34,373 bases of DNA, taken from contig JAUXXK010000347.1 in assembly GCA_030681145.1 (NCBI GenBank), positions 1-34,373 on the forward strand, given 5' to 3'. The notes beneath the pieces are model-generated. The model saw only the letters and a list, made by a program, of their open reading frames with translations. It was not told the origin of the DNA and did not search any database. Shown here piece by piece: positions 1 to 9,719 of the stretch (the stretch's first letter is position 1; each line of letters begins with the position of its first letter). The DNA is from Methanobacteriaceae archaeon. GTDB lineage: Archaea > Methanobacteriota > Methanobacteria > Methanobacteriales > Methanobacteriaceae. Both the position numbers and the translations under genes were made by a program.

Positions 1-30
1 ATAACTTCATAACTATTAGGAGGTGGCTAA

Positions 31-450
31 TTGGCACGTAAAGAATTTATGTATCGCGGTTACACATTGGAAGAATTACAAGAAATGCCTATGGATAATG
101 TTATTGAAATATTACCATCCCGACAGAGGAGATCTCTGAAAAGGGGATTCTTGCCAAGACAAAAAAAGATACTAGACAAAATTAGAAAATTGAAAAATGA
201 AGGAAAACAAGGTAATAAGGGTGGAAAACCTCAAATAATCAAAACTCATTGTAGGGACATGATTGTTCTACCAGAAATGGTTGGAATGATTTTTGGAATT
301 TATAATGGTAAAGTATTTGTTCAGGTACAAATTCAGCCAGAAATGATTGGTTGTTACTTTGGGGAATTTGCACCTACACGACAGAAAGTTGCTCACGGAG
401 ACCCAGGTATGGGAGCTACCAGATCATCTATGTTCGTGCCTCTCAAATAA
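31..450 (+). CDS. rps19p: 30S ribosomal protein uS19
   Basis: 139-aa [20 protein letters not shown]-terminus and GEFAPTR...[13 protein letters not shown]-terminus are uS19 signatures. TTG start lies after a GGAGGTG SD. It precedes uL22 as in archaeal S10 operons. Confidence 0.95.
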   Translation: MARKEFMYRGYTLEELQEMPMDNVIEILPSRQRRSLKRGFLPRQKKILDKIRKLKNEGKQGNKGGKPQIIKTHCRDMIVLPEMVGMIFGIYNGKVFVQVQIQPEMIGCYFGEFAPTRQKVAHGDPGMGATRSSMFVPLK

Positions 451-462
451 GGAGAATAAACT

Positions 463-924
463 ATGGCTAAAATTAAATATGCTTTTAACGAAGACAATAA
501 GGCCAAAACTGCTAAAGCTGTTGGGAAATCTTTAAAGATTTCTCCTAAACATGCTGTGGAGTTATGCAGGGAACTTAGAGGGAAAAAAATAGAAAGCGCC
601 AAAGTTTATTTGGAAGATGTTATTAATATGGAAAAACCAGTTCCTTTCAAACGTCACAACAAAAAAGTTGGACACCGAAAAGGACTACAAGGTTGGCCTA
701 CTGGTCGGTACCCTGTTAAAGCTGCTACTCAAATATTAAAAGTTTTGGAAAACGCTGAAGCTAATGCAGAATACAAAGGATTGGATGCTGAAAATCTGAA
801 AATCATGCACATTTCCAGTCACCGTGGATTTATAGTAAGAGGCTGGACTCCCCGTGCTTTTGGAAGAGCAAGTCCGTTTAACACACCCACAACCCACGTA
901 CAGATTGTCCTAGGGGAGGCCTAG
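463..924 (+). CDS. rpl22p: 50S ribosomal protein uL22
   Basis: 153-aa ORF with the archaeal L22 pattern ([16 protein letters not shown]...HISSHRG...RAFGRA). Lies between uS19 and uS3. Confidence 0.95.
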   Translation: MAKIKYAFNEDNKAKTAKAVGKSLKISPKHAVELCRELRGKKIESAKVYLEDVINMEKPVPFKRHNKKVGHRKGLQGWPTGRYPVKAATQILKVLENAEANAEYKGLDAENLKIMHISSHRGFIVRGWTPRAFGRASPFNTPTTHVQIVLGEA

Positions 925-930
925 ATTTAC

Positions 931-1770
931 ATGATAGAAAAGGATTTTGTCACAGAGGGCTTGAAAAGAACTAAAATTGATGAATACTTACAAAGTGAAT
1001 TAGAACGAGCCGGTTACGGTGGAATGGAAGTTCAAGTTACTCCTCTCGGCACTATGGTTGTTGTTTACGCTGAAAGACCAGGAATGGTTATTGGTAGAGG
1101 TGGAAAAACAGTCCGTGGCATAACTCAAAACTTAAAAACCAAATTCGATCTGGAAAATCCCCAGGTAGAAGTTAAAGAAGTAGATGTTCCTGAACTCAAC
1201 CCTAAAATCATGGCTTATAAAATTGCAAATATGCTACAAAGAGGCATGCATTTTAGAAGAGTGGCCTACACAACCATAAGAAGAATTATGGGTGCTGGTG
1301 CTCAAGGTGTAGAAGTAACTATCTCTGGTAAAATTAGAGGGGCAAGATCTGCCACTGCTAAGTTTTCTGATGGTTACATAAAAAAATGTGGTGAACCTTC
1401 CATCCGTCTGGTTAAACAAGGATTTGCTACTGTGCAACTCAAACCAGGTGTTTTAGGAATTTATGTTAGAATAATGCCACCGAATGTTGTTTTACCAGAT
1501 AAGGTTGATATCTTAGCTCCGGTCATTGAAGAAACTGTAACCGAAGAAATTGTGGAATCTGAAGAAATCGAAGAATCTTCAGAATCTGTGGAAGAAGTGG
1601 AAATAGTTGAATCCGAAGAGGAACTAGAAGAACTAGAAGAATCTATAGAAGAGACTGAAGATGCTGAAGAAAAATCTGTTGAAGAAGTTTCTGAAGAGGA
1701 ATCTGAGGAAGTAGTGTCGGAAGAGGAATCTGAAACTAAATCTTCTGAAAAGTCTGAAAAATCAGAATAA
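931..1770 (+). CDS. rps3p: 30S ribosomal protein uS3 with a long acidic E/S-rich C-terminal tail
   Basis: 279 aa. KH-domain core (VVVYAERPGMVIGRGGKTVRGI) is typical of archaeal S3. The last ~80 aa are low-complexity Glu/Ser. Confidence 0.95.
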   Translation: MIEKDFVTEGLKRTKIDEYLQSELERAGYGGMEVQVTPLGTMVVVYAERPGMVIGRGGKTVRGITQNLKTKFDLENPQVEVKEVDVPELNPKIMAYKIANMLQRGMHFRRVAYTTIRRIMGAGAQGVEVTISGKIRGARSATAKFSDGYIKKCGEPSIRLVKQGFATVQLKPGVLGIYVRIMPPNVVLPDKVDILAPVIEETVTEEIVESEEIEESSESVEEVEIVESEEELEELEESIEETEDAEEKSVEEVSEEESEEVVSEEESETKSSEKSEKSE

Positions 1771-1791
1771 TACTTTAAAGGATGAAAAAAA

Positions 1792-1998
1792 ATGGCTATC
1801 TTAAGAAGTAATGATATACGGGAAATGGATGTTGAGGAAATCCAGCAAAAACTGGTGGAACTCAAGGCCGAATTTGCCAAAAACATTTCCAAAAGTTCTG
1901 CATCAGGAGTAAATGAAAATCCTGGAAAGGTTAAGGAACTTAAAAGGACAATTGCTCGCGTTCTTACCATCATGAATGAAAAACAGAAGGAGACATAA
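1792..1998 (+). CDS. rpl29p: 50S ribosomal protein uL29
   Basis: 68 aa. MAILRSNDIREMDVEEIQQKLVELKAE is the L29 pattern. Operon position is after S3. Confidence 0.93.
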   Translation: MAILRSNDIREMDVEEIQQKLVELKAEFAKNISKSSASGVNENPGKVKELKRTIARVLTIMNEKQKET

Positions 1999-2337
1999 AT
2001 GAAAATCTGCGATGTATGTGGTCTTCCAGATGAACTCTGCGTCTGTGAAGAAATAGCACGAGAAGTTCAGACAGTAAAAGTGTTCACAGTGCGAAGAAGA
2101 TTCGGAAAACTTATGACCATTGTAGAGGGCATAGACGAGCACGATATCGACATAAAGGAACTTACCAAGGAATTAAAAGCCCGATGTGCCTGCGGAGGCA
2201 CAGCTAAAAAAGGCCAGATTGAACTTCAAGGGGATCATAAAAGAAAAGTTAAAGAAGTTTTGGCTAATATGGGCTTTTCATCTGATACTATTGAAATTCG
2301 TGAAATCGATAGGAAACACAATCGAAGAAGAAGATAA
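1999..2337 (+). CDS. sui1: Translation initiation factor aSUI1/aIF1
   Basis: 112 aa. SUI1 fold signature ([13 protein letters not shown]...[22 protein letters not shown]-like) with an N-terminal CxxC..CxC knuckle. ATG abuts the L29 stop (TAAATG). Confidence 0.9.
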   Translation: MKICDVCGLPDELCVCEEIAREVQTVKVFTVRRRFGKLMTIVEGIDEHDIDIKELTKELKARCACGGTAKKGQIELQGDHKRKVKEVLANMGFSSDTIEIREIDRKHNRRRR

Positions 2338-2449
2338 TTTTAATTTGGTATTTTGAAAATTTAGAATTTATAATTATTAAATTATTGAATTTTAATTTTC
2401 ATATCCATTAATTATCAATTCAAAATAATAAAATTATTTCGGGCACGCT

Positions 2450-2731
2450 ATGATAACTCCACAAAATTTATTTCGACATGAACTAATTGGTTTAAATGTT
2501 GAAATTATTGAAAGTTCCCATGAAGGAATTATAGGAATTAAAGGAAAAGTTATTGACGAGACTCGAAATACCATCCGAGTCGAATTAAATGATGGGAATG
2601 AATCCATTATTGCTAAGAATGTCGCAATTTTTCATTTCCAAACTCCTAAAGGAGAAATAGTGGAGATTGATGGTAAAATCTTGGTAAGTCGCCCTGAAGA
2701 TAGAATAAAAAAGAAATTTAGGAAAATTTAA
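2450..2731 (+). CDS. rnp1: RNase P protein component 1 (Rpp29/Pop4 homologue)
   Basis: 93 aa. [33 protein letters not shown] is the archaeal Rpp29 Sm-like core. Conserved location between SUI1/L29 and S17. Confidence 0.9.
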   Translation: MITPQNLFRHELIGLNVEIIESSHEGIIGIKGKVIDETRNTIRVELNDGNESIIAKNVAIFHFQTPKGEIVEIDGKILVSRPEDRIKKKFRKI

Positions 2732-2742
2732 TTGGTGATAAT

Positions 2743-3063
2743 ATGGTTGGCATCGAAGTTCCAGAACCTAAATCCGAATGTAATGATCCTAACTGCCCTT
2801 TCCATGGATCTCTGCCAGTCAGAGGACAAATACTGGAAGGAATAGTTACTAATAACAAAGCCGAAAGGACCATTACGGTGGAAAGAAGTTATTACAAGTT
2901 CATTAGGAAATACGAAAGATACGAAAAGAGAAAATCAAAAATTAATGCTCACAAACCAGACTGTATGGAATTACAGGTTGGCGATGCAGTAAAAATAGCA
3001 GAATGCAGACCTTTAAGTAAGACTAAGCATTTTGTTGTGGTTGAGGTAAAGGGAGAGAAGTAA
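2743..3063 (+). CDS. rps17p: 30S ribosomal protein uS17
   Basis: 106 aa. [16 protein letters not shown]...[21 protein letters not shown] is the S17 signature. GGTGAT SD upstream. Confidence 0.95.
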   Translation: MVGIEVPEPKSECNDPNCPFHGSLPVRGQILEGIVTNNKAERTITVERSYYKFIRKYERYEKRKSKINAHKPDCMELQVGDAVKIAECRPLSKTKHFVVVEVKGEK

Positions 3064-3462
3064 ATGAAGGCTATTACATCTAATGTTACTAAAGCTCTAC
3101 CTGTTGGTGCCCGACTACAATGCGTTGACAACACTGGTGCTAGAGAAGTAGAGATTATATCTGTAAAAGGATACAAAGGTGTTCGCAGGAGACTGGATGT
3201 TGCAGGAGTTGGTGACATGATAATAGTCTCTGTAAAAAAAGGATCTGTGGACATGAGAAAAGAAGTCATGACGGCAGTAGTTGTGAGGCAGAAAAAAGAA
3301 TACCAACGGGCTGATGGTCTGCGAATTAAATTTGAAGATAATGCAGCTGTTATTATAAGTCCTGAAGGTGTTATCAAAGGATCCGAAATTAGAGGACCTG
3401 TTGCTAAAGAAGCTGCTGACCGATGGCCTGCTGTTGGAAGTGCAGCTAGTATAATTGTTTAA
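3064..3462 (+). CDS. rpl14p: 50S ribosomal protein uL14
   Basis: 132 aa. [22 protein letters not shown]...DNAAVII is the L14 signature. ATG abuts the S17 stop. Confidence 0.95.
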   Translation: MKAITSNVTKALPVGARLQCVDNTGAREVEIISVKGYKGVRRRLDVAGVGDMIIVSVKKGSVDMRKEVMTAVVVRQKKEYQRADGLRIKFEDNAAVIISPEGVIKGSEIRGPVAKEAADRWPAVGSAASIIV

Positions 3463-3472
3463 TGGTGATCAA

Positions 3473-3826
3473 ATGTCAAAACAACCCAGAAAACAAAGGA
3501 AATACATTTACAATGCACCTTTACACGCGCGCCATAAACTTATGAGTGTAACCCTGAGCAAAGATCTTCGGGAAGAATATGATAGAAGATCTCTTCCTGT
3601 AAGAACCGGGGATACTGTGCTGATTATGCGCGGCGATTTCAAAGAACACGAAGGAAAAGTTGAAACAGTAGACCTTAAAAACTACAGAGTACGTGTAGAA
3701 GGGGCCACTACTAAGAAACCTGACGGAAATCCAGTTTTCTTCCCAATTCATCCATCTAACTTGATGATTGTGGAAATGGATTTAAAAGACGAAAAAAGAA
3801 ATAAAATTTTAGAAAGGAAGGGATAA
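3473..3826 (+). CDS. rpl24p: 50S ribosomal protein uL24
   Basis: KOW motif ([21 protein letters not shown]). I prefer the ATG at 3473 ([10 protein letters not shown]), 5 nt after a GGTGATC SD, over the track start at 3455, which lies inside L14. Confidence 0.9.
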   Translation: MSKQPRKQRKYIYNAPLHARHKLMSVTLSKDLREEYDRRSLPVRTGDTVLIMRGDFKEHEGKVETVDLKNYRVRVEGATTKKPDGNPVFFPIHPSNLMIVEMDLKDEKRNKILERKG

Positions 3827-3827
3827 T

Positions 3828-4556
3828 ATGGCAAAGATGGGATCAAGAAAACATCTTAAGCGTTTTAAATCTCCTAAACACTGGCCCATTCATCCAAAAG
3901 AAGATAAATGGACGGTCAAACCTTCTGCTGGACCTCATGCCATTGAAAGTTCATTACCTCTAATGATTGTAATTAGAGATATTCTGGGTATTGCTGATAA
4001 TTCCCGGGAAGCAAAAAGGATCATTAACAATGGTGATGTGCTTGTAGATGGTAGAGCAAGGAAGGACTATAAATTCCCTGTTGGTTTTATGGATGTAGTA
4101 CAGATTCCTAAAAATGAAGGAATCTATAGAGTACTGCCAGATGAAAAAGGAAGATTAATTTTACATCAGATCAAACAGGAAAATGTAGAATTTAAATTAT
4201 GCAAAATTGAAAACAAAACCACTCTTAAAAATGGAAAAACTCAATTGAATCTTCATGATGGCCGTAATGCTATTACTGATGATCAACTCAATGCTGGTGA
4301 TGTAATAAAACTTAAAATTCCTGAACAGGAAGTTATAGAAAGCATCAAATTTGAAGAGAGTACCATTGGTCTGGTCACTGGTGGAAAACACACTGGTGAG
4401 ATTGGTAAAATTAAGGAAATTAATATAACCAAATCTTCCATGCCCAATACTGTGGTAATTGAAACTGAAAATAATAAAACTTTCCTTACTTTAAAAGATT
4501 ATGTTTTCGTAATTGGAAAAGACGAACCTGCTATTTCACTTCCTGGGGGAAAATAG
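3828..4556 (+). CDS. rps4e: 30S ribosomal protein eS4
   Basis: 242 aa. [21 protein letters not shown]...GPH N-terminus is diagnostic for S4e. Confidence 0.95.
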   Translation: MAKMGSRKHLKRFKSPKHWPIHPKEDKWTVKPSAGPHAIESSLPLMIVIRDILGIADNSREAKRIINNGDVLVDGRARKDYKFPVGFMDVVQIPKNEGIYRVLPDEKGRLILHQIKQENVEFKLCKIENKTTLKNGKTQLNLHDGRNAITDDQLNAGDVIKLKIPEQEVIESIKFEESTIGLVTGGKHTGEIGKIKEINITKSSMPNTVVIETENNKTFLTLKDYVFVIGKDEPAISLPGGK

Positions 4557-5063
4557 ATGAACCCTATGGAAGAAGTAATAATTGCCAAAGCAACCATGAA
4601 TATTGGTGTTGGTGAATCAGGTGAACAACTGGCTAAAGCAGAAAAGCTTTTAGAAAATATGACAGGCCAGCAGCCAGTTCGAACTTATTCTAAAGTAACT
4701 AATCCTGAATTCGGTATAAGAAAAAATCAACCTATTGCCTGCAAAGTATCTTTACGTGGAGAAAAAGCAGAAAAAGCCATAAAATTGATATTGGATGGTA
4801 TAGGTCACAAACTAAAATCAAGACAGTTTGATGCTCAGGGAAATGTGTCCTTTGGTATACATGAACACATTGACATCCCGGGAATGAGATATGATCCAGA
4901 TATTGGTATATTTGGAATGAACTTATCCATTACCTTTGAAAAACCAGGGTACCGAATTAAAAGAAGGAAAATTCAACGGAAAAAAGTTCCAGCAAAACAA
5001 ATGGTTAAAAAAGAAGAAACCATGAAATTTATGCAGGATAAATTCCAGGTTAATATAGTTTAA
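4557..5063 (+). CDS. rpl5p: 50S ribosomal protein uL5
   Basis: 168 aa. NIGVGESGE...[19 protein letters not shown]...DPDIGIFGM is the L5 signature. Confidence 0.95.
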   Translation: MNPMEEVIIAKATMNIGVGESGEQLAKAEKLLENMTGQQPVRTYSKVTNPEFGIRKNQPIACKVSLRGEKAEKAIKLILDGIGHKLKSRQFDAQGNVSFGIHEHIDIPGMRYDPDIGIFGMNLSITFEKPGYRIKRRKIQRKKVPAKQMVKKEETMKFMQDKFQVNIV

Positions 5064-5073
5064 GGGTGAGATT

Positions 5074-5217
5074 ATGCCAAGAAAATATGGAAAGGCATCC
5101 AGAAAATGTTCAAGATGCGGAGATCACTCTGCTCTGGTTAGAAGATACGGGCTCATGTTATGTAGACAGTGCTTCAGAGAACTCGCACCGAAAATCGGAT
5201 TTAAAAAGTACAACTAG
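5074..5217 (+). CDS. rps14p: 30S ribosomal protein uS14, zinc-binding type (not in the ORF track)
   Basis: Read manually: [47 protein letters not shown] (47 aa). CxxC...CxxC zinc ribbon. GGGTGAG SD upstream. Expected slot between L5 and S8. Confidence 0.9.
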   Translation: MPRKYGKASRKCSRCGDHSALVRRYGLMLCRQCFRELAPKIGFKKYN

Positions 5218-5239
5218 TACATAAAAGAGGTGTTTTACT

Positions 5240-5632
5240 GTGACTCTTATGGATCCTCTTGCAAATGCCCTAACAAATATGAGAAACAATGAACTGCAGG
5301 GAAATGAAAAATGTAATATATCTCCTGCATCTAAATTGATAGGGCGAGTCTTACGGACAATGCAAAAAGAAAACTACATTGGTGAATTTGAATATTTAGA
5401 CGACGGCAAAGCTGGAAAGTTCTTAGTGGACTTAGAAGGTAATATAAACCAATGTGGGGTTGTTAAACCCAGACATGCCGTTAAAAAAGATGAATTCGAA
5501 AAATTCGAAAAAAGATACTTGCCAGCTAAAAATTTCGGAATAATTATTGTTACCACTCCTCAGGGAATAATGACCCACAAAGAAGCTAAAGATAAGGGAA
5601 TTGGTGGCAGATTACTGGCATATATATACTAG
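5240..5632 (+). CDS. rps8p: 30S ribosomal protein uS8
   Basis: 130 aa. [15 protein letters not shown]-terminus and GGRLLAYIY end are the S8 signature. GTG start after a GAGGTG SD. Confidence 0.95.
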   Translation: MTLMDPLANALTNMRNNELQGNEKCNISPASKLIGRVLRTMQKENYIGEFEYLDDGKAGKFLVDLEGNINQCGVVKPRHAVKKDEFEKFEKRYLPAKNFGIIIVTTPQGIMTHKEAKDKGIGGRLLAYIY

Positions 5633-5640
5633 GTGATATC

Positions 5641-6174
5641 ATGGTTCTAGCAGCTGTACTTCGGGAAGAAGTTGAAGTCCCGGAAGGTGTGAATGTTACC
5701 CTGAAAGATGAAGTAAATGTGAATGGACCTAATGGAAAACTTTCTAGGAAGTTCAATTACCCAAAAATCACCATCAAACAGGAAGAAGATAAAATAGTCT
5801 TGGAAACATTGTTTCCTAAAAAAAATGATAAAGCAATGTTAGGTACTATCAGATCCCATATCACTAACATGATTAAAGGTGTTAATGAAGGATTTACATA
5901 CCACATGAAAATTGTTTATGCTCACTTTCCCATGACCGTTAAAGTGGCCGGTAATAAGGTCATTATAGAAAACTTTTTGGGTGAGAGATATCCTCGTAAT
6001 GCTAAAATAGTAGGCAGTTCCAAAGTTCAGGTTAAAGGGGATCAAGTAACTATAACTGGCATTGACAAAGAAGATGTGGGCCAAACAATGGCTAATCTGG
6101 AACAAGCCACTAAAATTAAGGGAAGAGATCCTAGGGTTTTCCAGGATGGTATTTACCTTACAAGTAAAAATTAG
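5641..6174 (+). CDS. rpl6p: 50S ribosomal protein uL6
   Basis: 177 aa, two-domain L6 pattern ([11 protein letters not shown]...[11 protein letters not shown]). GGTGAT SD. Confidence 0.95.
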   Translation: MVLAAVLREEVEVPEGVNVTLKDEVNVNGPNGKLSRKFNYPKITIKQEEDKIVLETLFPKKNDKAMLGTIRSHITNMIKGVNEGFTYHMKIVYAHFPMTVKVAGNKVIIENFLGERYPRNAKIVGSSKVQVKGDQVTITGIDKEDVGQTMANLEQATKIKGRDPRVFQDGIYLTSKN

Positions 6175-6191
6175 GGCTATTGGTGATTTCA

Positions 6192-6518
6192 ATGAAGAAA
6201 AAATTCAAAAGACAGGAATACGCCAGATACCAGAAACTTGGCCAAAAATGGAGAAGGGCTCGGGGAAAAACCAGTAAAATGCGGAGATATGAAAAAGGTA
6301 AACCTGCCATGCCAACTGTTGGTTATGGATCTCCCAAAGCTACAAGAGGTTTACACCCGTCTGGTTATCAAGATATTCTGGTTTGTAATGTGAAAGAATT
6401 AGAAAATCTAGATCCAAGTATACAGGCTGGAAGAATTAGTTCCACTGTTGGAAAAAGAAAAAAGGAAATGATGTTATTAAAAGCAAAAGAACTTGGCATT
6501 AAAATATTGAACAAATAA
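6192..6518 (+). CDS. rpl32e: 50S ribosomal protein eL32
   Basis: [28 protein letters not shown]...GLHPSGY is the L32e signature. ATG at 6192 follows a GGTGAT SD. The track start at 6180 (TTG) lies within that SD. Confidence 0.9.
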   Translation: MKKKFKRQEYARYQKLGQKWRRARGKTSKMRRYEKGKPAMPTVGYGSPKATRGLHPSGYQDILVCNVKELENLDPSIQAGRISSTVGKRKKEMMLLKAKELGIKILNK

Positions 6519-6927
6519 TGCCCAGTTTTTGAGCAATGTCCAAATTTGGAATTTTTAAAATAATTATAATTAATTATTTATAAGAAATTTAAAATTGAAT
6601 CTAAAAATTAAAACGGATTTATTATAAAAAAATCTGTCATTTATAAATTCAAAATTATAAAGATAATTGGACATATGGATCTGATTAAAAGGAAAATATA
6701 GATATTTCAGGAAAATAATGGATTTATTGAATTTAAAAAATTCAGCTTTCTATTATTTCTTTGTTAAAATCAGGTCCAATGAAATGTGAAATATCATTTC
6801 ATGATAAAGGGTACACTTGAACCATAGGGATTATTAAAATAATGATTATCTTTCGATAAAGATTTATTATAATGATGCTGGTTCTGGTCATTTTATCAGC
6901 TCAACGCTGAAAAAGGAGGTTTCTTAA

Positions 6928-7374
6928 ATGAATCTTACTACTCAGAAAAGATTAGCTGCAGATATCCTGAAAGTAGGGGTAAATCGTGTATGGATCGACC
7001 CTGAACAAATAGAAGAAGTTTCACGGGCCATAACTAGGGAGAGCGTGAAGCAGCTAATAAACAATAAAGTAATCAGGGCTAAACCTCAACAGGGTATAAG
7101 CAGTTATAGGTCAAAGAAAATAGCTCAGCAAAAAAGTAAAGGGCGAAGAAAAGGCAGAGGTAGTATAAAAGGAGCAAAAGGTGCTCGAAGACCCAAGAAA
7201 GAAGCTTGGATGACTACCATCAGAGCCTTAAGAAAGGATCTTAAACAAATGAGGAACGACAGGGAAATTAATACTACTACTTATCGTAAACTCTATAGAA
7301 TGGCTAAGGGCGGTGCCTTCAGAAGTAAATCTTACATGAAAACATATGCACGCGACCATGACATGCTCAGGTAG
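6928..7374 (+). CDS. rpl19e: 50S ribosomal protein eL19
   Basis: 148 aa. NLTTQKRLAADILKVGVNRVWIDPE is the L19e N-terminus. AAGGAGG SD upstream. Confidence 0.95.
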   Translation: MNLTTQKRLAADILKVGVNRVWIDPEQIEEVSRAITRESVKQLINNKVIRAKPQQGISSYRSKKIAQQKSKGRRKGRGSIKGAKGARRPKKEAWMTTIRALRKDLKQMRNDREINTTTYRKLYRMAKGGAFRSKSYMKTYARDHDMLR

Positions 7375-7385
7375 GAGGAATTAAG

Positions 7386-7967
7386 TTGGCACACGGATCA
7401 AGATATAAAGTAGCATTTAGAAGAAGAAGAGAAGGTAAAACTGATTATCATGCCAGACTAAGATTAATAGATCTGGACAAGTCAAGATTGGTTGTCAGAA
7501 TATCTAATAATCATGTTATTGTCCAAATAATCAATGTGGCAGAACAAGGTGATGAAACTGTTGTTTCAGCACATTCCAAAGAATTACAAAAATTGGGTTG
7601 GTTAGCTGGAACTAAAAATACCTCAGCAGCTTATTTAACTGCATATCTATGCGCTAAAAAAGCTTTAAGCAAAGGTGTTGAAGGTGCTGTTCTTGATATT
7701 GGTTTAAAATCATCAATTAAAGGATCAAAAGTTTTTGCAGCACTTAAAGGCGCATCTGACGCCGGTTTATATGTTCCTCATGGAGAATCTATTCTTCCTG
7801 ATGAGAGCCGCATAACCGGTGAACACATATCTGAATATGCAAAATCACTGGATGAAGAAGAACTCAAAAAGAAGTTTTCCCAGTATTTAGATAAAGGACT
7901 TTCACCTGTTGATTTACCAGACCACTTTGAAGATATGAAGAAAAAAATTGACGAGGCTGAGGTATAA
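7386..7967 (+). CDS. rpl18p: 50S ribosomal protein uL18
   Basis: 193 aa. [21 protein letters not shown] is the archaeal L18/L5e signature. TTG start after a GGAGG SD. Confidence 0.94.
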   Translation: MAHGSRYKVAFRRRREGKTDYHARLRLIDLDKSRLVVRISNNHVIVQIINVAEQGDETVVSAHSKELQKLGWLAGTKNTSAAYLTAYLCAKKALSKGVEGAVLDIGLKSSIKGSKVFAALKGASDAGLYVPHGESILPDESRITGEHISEYAKSLDEEELKKKFSQYLDKGLSPVDLPDHFEDMKKKIDEAEV

Positions 7968-7969
7968 TC

Positions 7970-8614
7970 ATGAATTACAAAAAGGAAGATTGGGAGCCTA
8001 AAACAAATTTAGGGCGATTGGTTAAGGAAGGAGTAGTATCCAATATTGACGAAATCTTCGAAAAAGGACTTCCTATAATGGAATTGGGAATTGTCGATAC
8101 TCTTCTCCCTGATTTGGAAGAAGAAGTAATGGACGTTAACTTGGTTCAGAGGATGCACAAATCCGGAAGAAAAGTAAATTTCAGGGTTATTGTAGCTGTT
8201 GGAAATAAAGATGGTTATGTTGGTCTCGGACAAGGTAAAGCCCGAGAAGTTGGTCCTGCTATTAGAAAAGCAGTTGATGATGCCAAATATAACATTATAA
8301 AAGTTAGAAGAGGATGCGGAGATTGGGGTTGCGTATGTGGAAGAACACATACTGTTCCATTCAAAGTTTCTGGTAAAAGTGGAAGTGTCAGGGTTACTCT
8401 AATGCCTGCTCCTGGAGGAGTAGGATTAGCCATAGGAAATGTGGGTAAAACTATAATGAAACTTGCAGGTATAGATGATTTATGGTCACAAACCAGTGGA
8501 CAAACTCAGACTACCGTTAACTTTGCCAATGCAACCTTTGATGCCTTAAAACAGTTGAGCAGGGTTAAAGCCCAAGAAAAAGATCTTAAAAATTTGGGTG
8601 TTTGCTCCAGCTAA
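7970..8614 (+). CDS. rps5p: 30S ribosomal protein uS5
   Basis: 214 aa. [28 protein letters not shown]...[16 protein letters not shown] is the S5 signature. Confidence 0.95.
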   Translation: MNYKKEDWEPKTNLGRLVKEGVVSNIDEIFEKGLPIMELGIVDTLLPDLEEEVMDVNLVQRMHKSGRKVNFRVIVAVGNKDGYVGLGQGKAREVGPAIRKAVDDAKYNIIKVRRGCGDWGCVCGRTHTVPFKVSGKSGSVRVTLMPAPGGVGLAIGNVGKTIMKLAGIDDLWSQTSGQTQTTVNFANATFDALKQLSRVKAQEKDLKNLGVCSS

Positions 8615-8636
8615 TACTAGTTAAATGGTGATAAAA

Positions 8637-9095
8637 ATGTTAGCAGTACTAAGAGTAAGAGGTACAGTTGGTGTTAAAAAAGACATCGCTTATACCATGG
8701 ATATGTTAAAACTCACCAGGATTAATCACGCCGTTCTAATCAATGAAAACCCCAGTTACAAAGGTATGCTCCTTAAATCCAAGGATTATATTACCTGGGG
8801 CGAAATCGATCAGGAAACTTTAACTCAACTTATCACTAAAAGAGGACGAGTTGTGGGCGGAGAAAAAATCACTGATGATTATATAAAGAATAACACGGAA
8901 TATTCTTCAATAGAAGAATTTTCAAAGGCAATTCTCGAATCTGAAATAACATTTGAGGATGCTAATATAAAACCAGTATTCAGATTACACCCTCCTAGAA
9001 AAGGATATGAAGGTGTAAGAACAGCTTTCCAGGAAGGCGGAAGTCTTGGATACAGGAAAGAAGAAATTAGGGCACTCATCAAAAAGATGGTGTAA
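8637..9095 (+). CDS. rpl30p: 50S ribosomal protein uL30
   Basis: [17 protein letters not shown]...TMDMLKL is the L30 N-terminus. ATG at 8637 follows a GGTGAT SD. The track ATG at 8625 is part of that SD. Confidence 0.9.
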   Translation: MLAVLRVRGTVGVKKDIAYTMDMLKLTRINHAVLINENPSYKGMLLKSKDYITWGEIDQETLTQLITKRGRVVGGEKITDDYIKNNTEYSSIEEFSKAILESEITFEDANIKPVFRLHPPRKGYEGVRTAFQEGGSLGYRKEEIRALIKKMV

Positions 9096-9238
9096 TCGCC
9101 TTAATTTATTTATATTCAACGATTAATCTATAATCAATTCTGAAGATGGAGAATCATTATTTCCATTTATTTCCACTTTAAGGAACAAATTAATGGATTT
9201 AATTGATCTCCCAATGATTATAATCCGGAGAATTTAAA

Positions 9239-9676
9239 ATGATCAGAACTAAACGGAAAATAAACAAAATGAGAGGTTCCCGAACCATAGGCGGGGGTTG
9301 TTCCAAGAAAAGGAGAGGAGCAGGCCATCGTGGTGGAAGAGGGATGGCTGGAGGCCACAAACACAAATGGTCTTGGATTGTCAATAATGATCCAGATCAT
9401 TTCGGTAAATACGGTTTCAAAAGGCCCCAAAAATCAATTAAAAAGGTTAACCCTGTTAATTTAAGTTACTTAGATGAAAATTTAGAACAATTGCTGGAAA
9501 AAGGTTTGGCCACCACAGAAAATGATGTTATTGTAATTGATATCACTGACCTTGGATTCAATAAAGTATTAGGTCGTGGCAAAATAACAAAACCTCTTTT
9601 AATAAAAGCTCCTGAGTTTTCTGGATTGGCTGAAAAGAAAATCCAGAAAGCTGGTGGCGAATCAGTAACTCTCTAA
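9239..9676 (+). CDS. rpl15p: 50S ribosomal protein uL15
   Basis: 145 aa. Gly/Arg-rich N-terminus (GAGHRGGRGMAGGHKHKW) is typical of L15. Precedes secY. Confidence 0.94.
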   Translation: MIRTKRKINKMRGSRTIGGGCSKKRRGAGHRGGRGMAGGHKHKWSWIVNNDPDHFGKYGFKRPQKSIKKVNPVNLSYLDENLEQLLEKGLATTENDVIVIDITDLGFNKVLGRGKITKPLLIKAPEFSGLAEKKIQKAGGESVTL

Positions 9677-9719
9677 TTTATTTTATCTTTCATATTCAAT
9701 TGTATAAGGAGTGAAATAA

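Noticed and set aside
1461-1973. 170-aa minus-strand ORF, extremely Ser/Asp-rich
   Set aside because: It is the antisense mirror of the GAA/GAG/TCT-repeat acidic tail of uS3 and of L29. It has no SD and is a low-complexity artefact.
2949-3377. 142-aa minus-strand ORF overlapping uS17/uL14
   Set aside because: It is antisense to two strongly conserved ribosomal protein genes, resembles no family I recognise and has no SD.
6062-6277. 71-aa plus-strand ORF bridging uL6 and eL32 in another frame
   Set aside because: It overlaps two well-supported genes out of frame, and its product has no recognisable features.
6718-6789. 23-codon micro-ORF (MDLLNLKNSAFYYFFVKIRSNEM) in the eL32-eL19 spacer
   Set aside because: It has no convincing SD and an AT-driven composition. 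It is too short to support without expression or conservation data.
6842-6910. Box C/D sRNA-like elements (ATGATTA, ATGATGC ... CTGA) just upstream of eL19
   Set aside because: Box spacing does not fit archaeal C/D architecture: there are 19 nt between the C'-like box and D, and no D' box. There is no terminal stem. It more likely belongs to the L19e 5' leader.
8009-8433. Two minus-strand ORFs (113 and 72 aa) inside uS5
   Set aside because: They are shadow ORFs antisense to a conserved gene, with no start context.
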